DNA of 64,000 nt from Parcubacteria group bacterium GW2011_GWA2_40_23 (GTDB lineage: Bacteria; Patescibacteriota; Patescibacteriia; UBA11705; JABHMO01): contig LBYP01000002.1 in assembly GCA_000996245.1 (NCBI GenBank), positions 5,352 through 69,351 on the forward strand, read 5' to 3'. Below, piece by piece: positions 1 through 7,565 of this stretch. How positions within the stretch are numbered: position 1 is the first letter of the stretch; each line of letters opens with the position of its first letter. A program made the translations under genes and the position numbers. The notes below the pieces were generated by a model. It was not told where the DNA came from. It saw only the letters and a list, made by a program, of their open reading frames with translations, and did no database searches.

Positions 1-186
1 ATTTGTAAGATCGCAAAAAAACTTTGCTTTGATTAAAGCATTCTCTTGAAAAGCTGTCCCTGTTTCCTCCACATCATCAGTAATACTTAGATCTTCCAAG
101 GATACGGCCTCAATGTTCCAAAGAGCTAAAAACTTTTTGAGTTCTTGAGCTTTTCCGACATTATGTGTTGCGATTACGAGTTTCAT
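1..186 (-). CDS. rdgB: RdgB/HAM1-family non-canonical purine NTP pyrophosphatase, N-terminal 62 codons (gene continues past left edge)
   Basis: Own translation of reverse strand from ATG at 186-184: MKLVIATHNVGKAQELKKFLALWNIEAVSLEDLSITDDVEETGTAFQENALIKAKFF, the conserved ATxNxGKxxE / ETGxTFxENA N-terminus of this family. Missing from ORF track because truncated. TAGAAT (rc of 195-200) lies 8 nt upstream of the ATG. Confidence 0.75.
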   Translation of the reverse strand, partial: MKLVIATHNVGKAQELKKFLALWNIEAVSLEDLSITDDVEETGTAFQENALIKAKFFCDLTN

Positions 187-216
187 ATATAAATATTCTA
201 CAAACAAACAAATCAA

Positions 217-251
217 CCCTGCACTATAAAGTGTGCCCTTTAAGTACAGGG
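217..251. repeat. GC hairpin of a dispersed intergenic family (CCCyGCAC ... GGG followed by CAAG)
   Basis: CCCTGCAC (217-224) / GTACAGGG (244-251) imperfect inverted repeat followed by CAAG. Related hairpins at 2185, 6080, 22277, 29586. Confidence 0.45.
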
Positions 252-298
252 CAAGCAAAGCAAACAATTATGCAAAAAGTCCTTTGACCATTCTTAGC

Positions 299-344
299 TA
301 ATCATAGTAATCACTTGGTAATCATGCTAATTATAGTCAATCAG
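299..344 (-). repeat. Phased array of five ATGATTA-like heptamers (plus strand TAATCAT), 9-11 bp period, abutting the T-tract of the unit A1 terminator
   Basis: taatcat 299, taatcac 308, taatcat 319, taattat 328, caatcag 338. The reverse-strand reading TGATTGACTATAATTAGCATGATTA matches 21/25 nt of the array at 18662-18696. Confidence 0.6.
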
Positions 345-347
345 AGT

Positions 348-385
348 AAAAAAAGGAGGGTCGACGCACTGTAGCATCGACCCTC
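348..385 (-). terminator. Intrinsic terminator of unit A1
   Basis: Reverse strand: GAGGGTCGA-N12-TCGACCCTC (9-bp perfect stem) followed by CTTTTTTT. Confidence 0.75.
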
Positions 386-979
386 GTGAACATGTCTTTA
401 CCACCGCGACCTTGACGGGCTTGCGATCAGAACAGCCCCGATCTTGGTCCGGCATGGATCCTCGGGGAACCGGCGTCCCATAGATACTGGGACGCGATGG
501 AGCTACGTGAACCAGCTCGGATACCGCTTGCACATGGCAAGTTCTCCTTCTGCTGTGGCCGCGAGCGTGGTGCTCGTTCTTCGGCCTCGTTCTTGCTCCA
601 GAACCGAGTTCGTGTGGCACGTCGCGAGTTGAGCTCTCGCAGCGTGCCGTCAGAAGCCGAAGATGAGCGTACCGGAGTGGAGCCGCATGAAGCCTCCGTC
701 TGCGGAATTCTCGCATCCAATTTCGAACTTCGAACCGTGTTGATCTCTTGTTGCTTGGTGAACAGCCTGTTGCACTCGGTGTTCCGCGGACTTGCTCGAT
801 GAACACAGTCTACAACAAATGAGTTCTGCGGACTTGTCCTACACGGGCGGGGGACGTGCTCTGAGCATGCGCACCTCCATGTTGTGGAACCTTGAGAACC
901 AACGTGGTGTTGATGGCCAGAAGCCGATATTCGAACGAACGCGGCTTCTTTCTCGCTAACACCACAAAAGCGAGACGAT
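348..979 (-). ncRNA. Unit A1: ~630-nt GC-rich transcript without a credible long ORF (candidate structured RNA, or decayed/scrambled coding cassette)
   Basis: Bounded by promoter 986-1014 and terminator 348-385. Many local helices, e.g. GCGTCCCA-N7-TGGGACGC at 473-495, and GGCACG/CGTGCC with nested GCGAG/CTCGC at 616-648. No frame shows the G/C third-position bias of the coding islands. The longest ORF (327-806) is Arg-rich and reads through the terminator. GGAGG (878-874) + 5 nt + ATG (868) opens only a 9-codon ORF, MLRARPPPV. Confidence 0.45.
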
Positions 980-985
980 AAAAAT

Positions 986-1014
986 ATCCTATACTATTTA
1001 TAAACTAATGTCAA
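986..1014 (-). promoter_or_regulatory. Sigma70-type promoter of unit A1
   Basis: Reverse strand TTGACA (1014-1009), 17-nt spacer ttagtttataaatagta, TAGGAT (991-986). Confidence 0.6.
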
Positions 1015-1028
1015 GTTTTTGGCAAAGG

Positions 1029-1056
1029 AAAAAGCGGTCGAGATGAGTCGAACCGC
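1029..1056 (-). terminator. Intrinsic terminator of unit A2
   Basis: Reverse strand GCGGTTCGA-N6-TCGACCGC (one bulged base) followed by TTTTTCC. Confidence 0.65.
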
Positions 1057-1267
1057 TTCTGGATTACTTGCTCGCCACGCCGTGGCACGCCGCTTCGAGG
1101 GAATCCAACCCCGGAAAAGCCTGTCTGTGGTAAACACTAAGGGGCCTTTCGACCTTAGTGCTCTGGACACTCTTCCATAGATCCTCCATGGTGTTTGTGC
1201 GTGCGCGAATCGTGACCGAACAGGATCTCTGCGTTGCTTCGCCGTTGATACGGCTTGGCAGTCCAGC
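1029..1267 (-). ncRNA. Unit A2: ~240-nt GC-rich transcript (candidate sRNA; a 41-codon small ORF cannot be excluded)
   Basis: Promoter 1274-1302 and terminator 1029-1056. Helices include CACTAAGG-N10-CCTTAGTG (1135-1160). GGAGG (1187-1183) + 4 nt + ATG (1178) opens a 7-codon ORF, MEECPEH. An SD-less 41-codon ORF (ATG 1189 to TAA 1064, MEDLWKSVQSTKVERPLSVYHRQAFPGLDSLEAACHGVASK) ends just before the terminator stem. Confidence 0.45.
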
Positions 1268-1273
1268 ATGTAT

Positions 1274-1302
1274 ATAATAGCACAATAATAAAATTATGTC
1301 AA
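1274..1302 (-). promoter_or_regulatory. Sigma70-type promoter of unit A2
   Basis: Reverse strand TTGACA (1302-1297), 17-nt spacer taattttattattgtgc, TATTAT (1279-1274). Confidence 0.7.
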
Positions 1303-1342
1303 TAGCAGTTTTACTTATTTTTGAAAATAGTCTAATTTAAGC

Positions 1343-1379
1343 AAAAAAAGAAGGGGTACCGCGTGAGCAAATACCCCTT
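1343..1379 (-). terminator. Intrinsic terminator of unit A3
   Basis: Reverse strand AAGGGGTA-N13-TACCCCTT followed by CTTTTTTTGC. Confidence 0.75.
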
Positions 1380-1447
1380 AGAACCGTGCCACCATTACAG
1401 TGGCGAGATCATGGTGTCCTCCAGTAATGGGGAAGACTAAAGTGACT
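1343..1447 (-). ncRNA. Unit A3: ~100-nt GC-rich transcript (candidate sRNA / leader-peptide RNA)
   Basis: Promoter 1450-1478 and terminator 1343-1379. Two mutually exclusive helices: CCATTAC..GTAATGG versus GCCAC-N7-GTGGC. GGAGG (1422-1418) + 5 nt + ATG (1412) opens a 5-codon ORF, MISPL (stop 1397-1395). Confidence 0.45.
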
Positions 1448-1449
1448 AC

Positions 1450-1478
1450 ATTATTACATAAAACAGCTTATATGTCAA
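1450..1478 (-). promoter_or_regulatory. Sigma70-type promoter of unit A3
   Basis: Reverse strand TTGACA (1478-1473), 17-nt spacer tataagctgttttatgt, AATAAT (1455-1450). Confidence 0.6.
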
Positions 1479-1533
1479 TAGTTAAGCCTGAGAAATAGAC
1501 AAAATCGTCTGATTTTAGTATAATTTACATAAT

Positions 1534-2175
1534 ATGCTTTACATTGTAGCCACACCTATTGGAAACCTCGAAGACATTACTTTTAGAGCTTTAAGAACGC
1601 TTAAGGAGGTGGATGTCATCTTGTGTGAAGATACAAGACAGACCATGAAGCTTTTGTCCCATTTTCAGTTTTCAAAGCATCTGATTTCTTTGCATCAGCA
1701 CACCTCGGACGAAAAGATGTTAGCTCTCTTAAAACAGTATGAAAATATTGCTTATGTAAGTGATGCAGGCACCCCAGGAATTTCTGACCCAGGAAATAAG
1801 TTAGTCGCTAAAGCGGTTGAATTGAATCTTCCGGTTTGTCCAATTCCAGGAGTTGCTGCCGTGACGACTGCACTTAGCATTTCTGGTTTTCAAACAGATC
1901 ATTTTATGTTTTTGGGTTTTATGCCCCTGCGCGGGCGAACCAAAATATTTAATTTAATCAAAGATTCTGATGTGACTATCGCATTTTACGAATCACCACA
2001 TCGAATAATCAAAACACTCGAAGCATTAAAGCCAATCGTGGGGAATCGCTTATTCTGCGTTTGTCGAGAACTGACTAAAAAGTTCGAAACTATTTACCGC
2101 GGAACTGTCGACGAGGTGCTTCCCGAAATATCTAAAAAAGTAAAAGGTGAATTTACAATTATTATAAGTAAATAA
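1534..2175 (+). CDS. rsmI: 16S rRNA (cytidine1402-2'-O)-methyltransferase RsmI (short form, 213 aa)
   Basis: N-terminus MLYIVATPIGNLEDITFRALRTLKEVDVILCEDTR is the RsmI/tetrapyrrole-methylase-fold signature. TATAAT at 1519-1524 lies 9 nt before the ATG, with no SD. Confidence 0.85.
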   Translation: MLYIVATPIGNLEDITFRALRTLKEVDVILCEDTRQTMKLLSHFQFSKHLISLHQHTSDEKMLALLKQYENIAYVSDAGTPGISDPGNKLVAKAVELNLPVCPIPGVAAVTTALSISGFQTDHFMFLGFMPLRGRTKIFNLIKDSDVTIAFYESPHRIIKTLEALKPIVGNRLFCVCRELTKKFETIYRGTVDEVLPEISKKVKGEFTIIISK

Positions 2176-2184
2176 GCTCGTAAG

Positions 2185-2229
2185 CCCCGCACCACAAACT
2201 GCCTTTGGGTGCAGGGTAAACGAGATAAG
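2185..2229. repeat. 45-bp repeat copy 1 (hairpin CCCCGCACC-N14-GGTGCAGGG plus TAAACGAGATAAG)
   Basis: Exact reverse complement of 6067-6111. The adjacent segment TAAGTGAAATAAGC...AAACTTATCTCGCTA is also shared (direct orientation) with 6032-6131. Confidence 0.85.
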
Positions 2230-2295
2230 TGAAATAAGCTAATTCAAGGTTTACTTAGCACTTAACTTGCTTAAAACTTATCTCGCTAGAAAAAT

Positions 2296-3807
2296 ATGGA
2301 AAAATATTACATAACAACACCTATTTATTACGCTAATAGCAAGCCACATATTGGTCATGCTTATACGACGATAGTGGCCGATATTTTAGCGCGATATTAT
2401 CGTTTAAAATTAGGACAAGAAAATGTTTGGTTTTTAACGGGGACAGATGAACATGGTTCAAAAATTGCGCAGGTTGCAGAAAAAGAAGGCAAAGATCCTC
2501 AAACTTTTGTTGATGATGTTTCAGCTCTTTTTCAGTTGTCTTGGAAAAATTTGAATATTAGTAATAACGATTATATTCGCACGACAGAAAAAAGACATGA
2601 AGACGTCGTCACTGAGATCCTCACGAAATTGAAATCAGCTAAAACTCCACTTGGCAATGACTTTATTTATTCTGGTGATTATGAGGGTTTATATTGTGTC
2701 GGTTGTGAATCATACAAAAAGCCTGAAGATTTGGTAGACGATAAATGTCCAGATCATAACAAAGAACCAGAATTGCTTAAAGAAAGTAATTGGTATATTC
2801 GTTTGTCAGATTATGCCGAGATACTCAAAAATAAAATTCAAAACGATGAAATAAAAGTTTTGCCAGCCGATCGTAAAACAGAAGTTTTGTCATTTATCGA
2901 ACAAGGTTTGGAGGATGTGGCCATTAGTCGTCAACAAGTTAAATGGGGCATACCGGTACCATTCGACAAAGATCAAACTATATACGTTTGGGTCGATGCT
3001 CTTCTAAACTATATCTCAGCACTTGGTTATCCAAATGACGAAAAGTTTAAAAAATTTTGGCCAGCAAACACTCAACTCTTGGCAAAAGATATTTTAAAGT
3101 TTCATGCCATCATTTGGCCAGCGATGCTCATTGCGGCCGGCATCGAGGCACCCAAAGAACTTTTTATCCATGGTTATTTCACTATTGATGGTAAGAAAAT
3201 GAGTAAAACTATTGGTAATGTTATTGATCCAAATGATTTAGTCTCTGAGTTCGGAGTTGACGCCGCACGCTATTTAATCGTTTCACAATTTCCATTTGGA
3301 CAAGACGGTGACGTCAAAGCTGATGAATTTAAAGTAAAATATAATTCTGATCTTGCTAATGGTATCGGTAATTTAGTTAGTCGTGTAATTACGATGGCTG
3401 AAAAGTATTGCGATAATAAAATTCCAGCATTGAAATATACTGGCACTTTTAATTTAACCGCACTTTGGAAAAGAGTGGAACAAAATTATGTAGATTATAA
3501 GATTTTTGAGAACCTTAGAGAAATTCAAGAATTAATTAGCTGGGCTGACAATCATATTGCCGAAACTACGCCTTGGGCCAAGGCTAAAGAAGGGAAGGCA
3601 GCAGAAGTAAACCAAATCCTTTATAATTTAATTGAAGTCCTGAAACAACTTGCGGGGTTATTACTTCCGATACTTCCACAAACCGGAGCAGAGATTCTTA
3701 AACGTATAAATTTTGCTTCTACTGATATAGAATCAATTAAAACACTGAATAATCTCGACTCAAAAAAAACATTAGATAAAGGTGAGCCTTTATTCCTTAG
3801 AAAGTAG
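2296..3807 (+). CDS. metG: Methionyl-tRNA synthetase
   Basis: HIGH-type motif PHIGHAYT and KMSKS-type motif KMSKT. Length and N-terminus are typical of MetRS. Confidence 0.95.
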   Translation: MEKYYITTPIYYANSKPHIGHAYTTIVADILARYYRLKLGQENVWFLTGTDEHGSKIAQVAEKEGKDPQTFVDDVSALFQLSWKNLNISNNDYIRTTEKRHEDVVTEILTKLKSAKTPLGNDFIYSGDYEGLYCVGCESYKKPEDLVDDKCPDHNKEPELLKESNWYIRLSDYAEILKNKIQNDEIKVLPADRKTEVLSFIEQGLEDVAISRQQVKWGIPVPFDKDQTIYVWVDALLNYISALGYPNDEKFKKFWPANTQLLAKDILKFHAIIWPAMLIAAGIEAPKELFIHGYFTIDGKKMSKTIGNVIDPNDLVSEFGVDAARYLIVSQFPFGQDGDVKADEFKVKYNSDLANGIGNLVSRVITMAEKYCDNKIPALKYTGTFNLTALWKRVEQNYVDYKIFENLREIQELISWADNHIAETTPWAKAKEGKAAEVNQILYNLIEVLKQLAGLLLPILPQTGAEILKRINFASTDIESIKTLNNLDSKKTLDKGEPLFLRK

Positions 3808-3863
3808 TAATTTGCTTTTTTGTTTTCTTGCTTTTTTGATTATCGTTAAATAATTTTCTAAAT

Positions 3864-4706
3864 ATGATAGACACTCATGCCCATGTTAATTTTAGCACCT
3901 TTAAAGATGATGCTGATGCAGTAATTCAATCAGCTTTAGATAAAAAAATTGCTATTATTAATGTTGGGTCGCAAATCAGCACTAGTCGTCGTGCCGTCGA
4001 GTTGGCCGCTAAGTATCCTCGTGTGTTTGCAGCTATTGGTTTACATCCGATTCAATTACAGGATGAAGAAGTAATTGAGGAGGGAATCACTTTCACTACA
4101 CGGAAAGAAGAGTTTAACTACTCAACATACAAAGAGTTGGCTAAACAGAAACATGTCATCGCTATTGGTGAGACTGGTTTGGATTATTACCATATTCAAG
4201 AAAGGCCTGAATTTAAAGAGATTGTTGAAGATCAGAAGAAAGTTTTTCATCAACATATAGATTTGGCAAATGAAATGAAATTGCCCATGATCATTCATAC
4301 CCGAAGTGGTAAAAATAATAGTGATGCGGCGTGCATCGATATTCTCTCGGAGTTAAGAAAAAATAAACCTAAATATGGTGGAGTTATGCATTGCTATGCT
4401 GGTCCGCCTGAATTGATTAAGGATTTTGTGGCCCTGGATATGTATATTAGTTTTAACGGTATTTTAACTTTTGATAAAACGGGACTCATCGAAAAAATCT
4501 TGTTCTCAACACCCGAAGATCGAATTCTAACTGAAACCGATTGTCCTTATCTAACTCCTGCGCCATATAGAGGCAAACGTAATGAACCGGCCTATGTGGA
4601 TTTTGTAGTTTCTAAAATCGCTGAACTAAAAAATCGTGAATTTGCTGAAATTGATCTTTTAACGACCAGAAACGCAGAACGACTTTTTCATATCGCTTTA
4701 CAATAG
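3864..4706 (+). CDS. tatD: TatD-family metal-dependent hydrolase/DNase
   Basis: MIDTHAHVNF N-terminal HxH metal motif, GETGLDYY, ~280 aa. Confidence 0.85.
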   Translation: MIDTHAHVNFSTFKDDADAVIQSALDKKIAIINVGSQISTSRRAVELAAKYPRVFAAIGLHPIQLQDEEVIEEGITFTTRKEEFNYSTYKELAKQKHVIAIGETGLDYYHIQERPEFKEIVEDQKKVFHQHIDLANEMKLPMIIHTRSGKNNSDAACIDILSELRKNKPKYGGVMHCYAGPPELIKDFVALDMYISFNGILTFDKTGLIEKILFSTPEDRILTETDCPYLTPAPYRGKRNEPAYVDFVVSKIAELKNREFAEIDLLTTRNAERLFHIALQ

Positions 4707-4770
4707 GATTTTATGATCAAGCTTCGTATTGTGACTTATAAACAAGAATGCTTGATTTTTTTTTATTTTC

Positions 4771-5097
4771 ATGATAGATTGTAGGTGCTTTTCTATACCT
4801 ATGCAAAATTCTAAGAATGAGAAAGTTTGGTGGCAACCGGCCATCGAAATCTTTGTTCAAGTCTCTGGATGGATTGTATTCCCGCTACTCATCGGTATTT
4901 ATTTAGGCCGATGGTTACAGGAAAAATGGGGACATGAACCGTGGATATATATAGGTTGTGTTGCGGCTGCTTTCATTATTACAAATGTGGGTTTAATACT
5001 GATTGTTTTAAAGGCGGCCAAGAAAATGCAAAAAGTCATCGACGAATCCGAAAAACAAGTTCAGAATCACAAAGAGACTGAGCAAGTAAAAAAATAA
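4771..5097 (+). CDS. AtpZ/AtpI-like small membrane protein preceding atpB (alternative start ATG 4801)
   Basis: Two hydrophobic helices; positioned immediately upstream of atpB as in many atp operons. Confidence 0.5.
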   Translation: MIDCRCFSIPMQNSKNEKVWWQPAIEIFVQVSGWIVFPLLIGIYLGRWLQEKWGHEPWIYIGCVAAAFIITNVGLILIVLKAAKKMQKVIDESEKQVQNHKETEQVKK

Positions 5098-5100
5098 TAT

Positions 5101-6006
5101 ATGGCTCAAAGTGGTCACGCGACAACTGAAGTGCAAGAAATAGAAACTGCTCAAACAGAAGAGGCAGTTACGCTTGGTCACAATTCTACGGATGCAAAAA
5201 CAGAAGTTTCGCACGAAGCTACTTTAGCGGCAGAACCAATTGCTCATTTTGGTGCTTTCCCAATTACAAATTCTTTATTAAATACCTGGATAGTTGTCGC
5301 TATCCTTTTTGTTTTTGCCATTGTTTTACGATCTAAATTGAAAATAATTCCAAAGGGTTTGCAGAATCTATTTGAAATTGTAGTTGATGGTGCCTTGAAT
5401 CTGTGCGACTCAGTAACTAATGACCGCAAAAAAACCTTAAAAGTTTTTCCAATCGTTTTTAGTTTCTTTATATTCATTTTAATTGCTAATTGGATGGGTT
5501 TAGTCCCGGGAATTGGTTCAATCGGATTTATTGAAACTGAAGGAGCTCATAGTATTTTTGTCCCATATTTTCGTGGTGGTACGGCCGATTTAAATACAAC
5601 ATTAGCTTTAGCTTTGATTGCAGTTATTGGTTCGAATATTTTCGGTATTATAGCAGTGGGCGGCTGGAAGTATTTTAATAAATTTGTAAATCTAAAAATT
5701 TTGGCTCGAATCCCATTTACGATAAAAAAGGATCCAAGTGTCATCATTGTTAACCCTATTAAGTTTTTTGTGGGTATTATAGAAATTATCGGTGAAGTGG
5801 CAAAAATTGCTTCGCTCTCTTTTCGGCTTTTTGGAAATGTTTTTGCTGGCGAGGTTCTACTTTCATCATTAGCTGTTATTTTGGCCTTTGGATTACCAAT
5901 ACCTTTTATGTTTTTGGAAGTTATAGTAGGTGTTATTCAGGCATTAATATTTGGCATGTTGACTTTGGTTTATTTCAGCATTGCCATGACTGAAGAAGAA
6001 CATTAA
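5101..6006 (+). CDS. atpB: F0F1 ATP synthase subunit a
   Basis: Polytopic membrane protein with the conserved LSFRLFGNVFAGE arginine motif. Confidence 0.9.
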   Translation: MAQSGHATTEVQEIETAQTEEAVTLGHNSTDAKTEVSHEATLAAEPIAHFGAFPITNSLLNTWIVVAILFVFAIVLRSKLKIIPKGLQNLFEIVVDGALNLCDSVTNDRKKTLKVFPIVFSFFIFILIANWMGLVPGIGSIGFIETEGAHSIFVPYFRGGTADLNTTLALALIAVIGSNIFGIIAVGGWKYFNKFVNLKILARIPFTIKKDPSVIIVNPIKFFVGIIEIIGEVAKIASLSFRLFGNVFAGEVLLSSLAVILAFGLPIPFMFLEVIVGVIQALIFGMLTLVYFSIAMTEEEH

Positions 6007-6066
6007 TAAAGTGAGTAAGCTTGTAAGCTAGTAAGTGAAATAAGCAAGTCAAGGACTCGCTTGAAA

Positions 6067-6111
6067 CTTATCTCGTTTACCCTGCACCCAAAGGCAGTTT
6101 GTGGTGCGGGG
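6067..6111. repeat. 45-bp repeat copy 2 (inverted relative to 2185-2229)
   Basis: cttatctcgtttaccctgcacccaaaggcagtttgtggtgcgggg is the exact reverse complement of 2185-2229. Confidence 0.85.
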
Positions 6112-6163
6112 CTTACGGCTTATCTCGCTATAAAATAAGAGTGATAAACCAAGCAGACGTTAA

Positions 6164-6418
<255 letters not shown>

Positions 6419-6488
6419 TTTGTTCTTAGATTACTCTGCTCATTTGAGCAGGGTAGTAAAGAGTAAATTATAAAATATAAATATTTAT

Positions 6489-7004
6489 ATGGATGATTTA
6501 ATAAAAACATTTCACATCGATTGGAAATTACTTATTGCGCAAATAATTAATTTTGGCATTGTGGTGGTTGTTTTGGGCGTATTTGCTTTGAAGCCATTAA
6601 TTAAAATGATGAAAGAGAGGGAAGAAAAGATTTCTGATGGGATAAAACATGCCGAAGAAATGGAAGAAAAGATTAAGGAAGTTGCTAAACTTAAAGAAGA
6701 AGAAATAAAACAAGGGAGAAAAGAAGCTCAAGTTTTAATTGCACAGGCAGAAAAGAAAGCGGAAGATTTACGACAAGAAAAAATTAAAAAAACTATCACT
6801 GAAATTGAAAAAATGGCCATAGATGCTCGTGGTCGTATCCGTGAAGAACGTGACGAGATGATTAAGAGTGTCAAGGATGAACTCGGAGCTTTAATTGCAA
6901 CCGCTTTAAACCGGGTTATGAGTAATGTTATTTCAGAAAAAACACATACACAGGTAATTGATGATGTTATTAAAGATCTTGAAAAAGAAGCCATTACCAA
7001 ATAA
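6489..7004 (+). CDS. atpF: F0F1 ATP synthase subunit b
   Basis: N-terminal TM helix followed by a long charged coiled coil; operon position. Confidence 0.85.
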   Translation: MDDLIKTFHIDWKLLIAQIINFGIVVVVLGVFALKPLIKMMKEREEKISDGIKHAEEMEEKIKEVAKLKEEEIKQGRKEAQVLIAQAEKKAEDLRQEKIKKTITEIEKMAIDARGRIREERDEMIKSVKDELGALIATALNRVMSNVISEKTHTQVIDDVIKDLEKEAITK

Positions 7005-7006
7005 TT

Positions 7007-7549
7007 ATGTCCCAGACTTCTACAATTAAACATTATGCTACTGCCTTGGTGGAACTTGGTATTGAAAACCAATGTTATGAAGCTTTAGTGGCTGACTTAG
7101 TAGATGTTGATTCTAAGATCAATGAGAATTTAGAATTTAAAAAGTATTTAACCGACAAGCATGTAACTTTTACTAAAAAACAAGAAGCTTTAAAAAACAC
7201 TTTTCAGGATTTTATCAGCGATAAAACATATAATTTTTTATATTTATTGATTAAAGATGGAAAGCTTCTGGATTTATCATCAATATTAAAGATTGCCGCT
7301 AAAACACATTTAGAATCGCAGGATTTGTTTGAGGTTATGGTGGAATCAGTTATTCCTTTGACTGTAGCTCAGGAAAAGAAGATTCAAGAAAAATTGTCAC
7401 AAACGATTAAGCAAAAATTAATTACCAAAAATATAATTAATCCCGAAATTATCGGCGGTTTAAAAATTTTCTTAGGCGACACTGAGATAGATGGCAGTAT
7501 TCGCGGAAAAATTTTGCGACTAAAGAAAAAGATTGAGGATTACGAATAA
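7007..7549 (+). CDS. atpH: F0F1 ATP synthase subunit delta (OSCP)
   Basis: 180 aa; sits between atpF and atpA; C-terminal [22 protein letters not shown] motif. Confidence 0.8.
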   Translation: MSQTSTIKHYATALVELGIENQCYEALVADLVDVDSKINENLEFKKYLTDKHVTFTKKQEALKNTFQDFISDKTYNFLYLLIKDGKLLDLSSILKIAAKTHLESQDLFEVMVESVIPLTVAQEKKIQEKLSQTIKQKLITKNIINPEIIGGLKIFLGDTEIDGSIRGKILRLKKKIEDYE

Positions 7550-7565
7550 ATTATCAAATAACAAT

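Noticed and set aside
327-806. ORF-track entries 327-806(-), 427-720(-), 444-632(+), 497-802(+) inside unit A1
   Set aside because: They overlap one another in several frames. They are Arg/Ser/Gly-rich low-complexity translations and lack the strong G/C third-position bias of the real island genes. None has an SD at its start. The longest reads straight through the A1 terminator hairpin into AT-rich flank. These are typical chance ORFs of GC-rich non-coding sequence.
994-1285. ORFs 994-1269(-) and 1064-1285(-) in unit A2
   Set aside because: The 91-aa ORF starts at the predicted TSS and runs through the terminator. The 73-aa ORF starts inside the -10 box. Only its internal 41-codon part (1189-1064) remains a weak small-protein possibility, which I noted in the feature entry.
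2176-2295. T-box or other riboswitch leaders upstream of metG, proS, lysS, serS, gltX
   Set aside because: The spacers are too short (0-150 nt) and lack specifier-loop or T-box (AAnnnGGTGGnACCGCG) sequence. The metG spacer is explained by the dispersed repeat.
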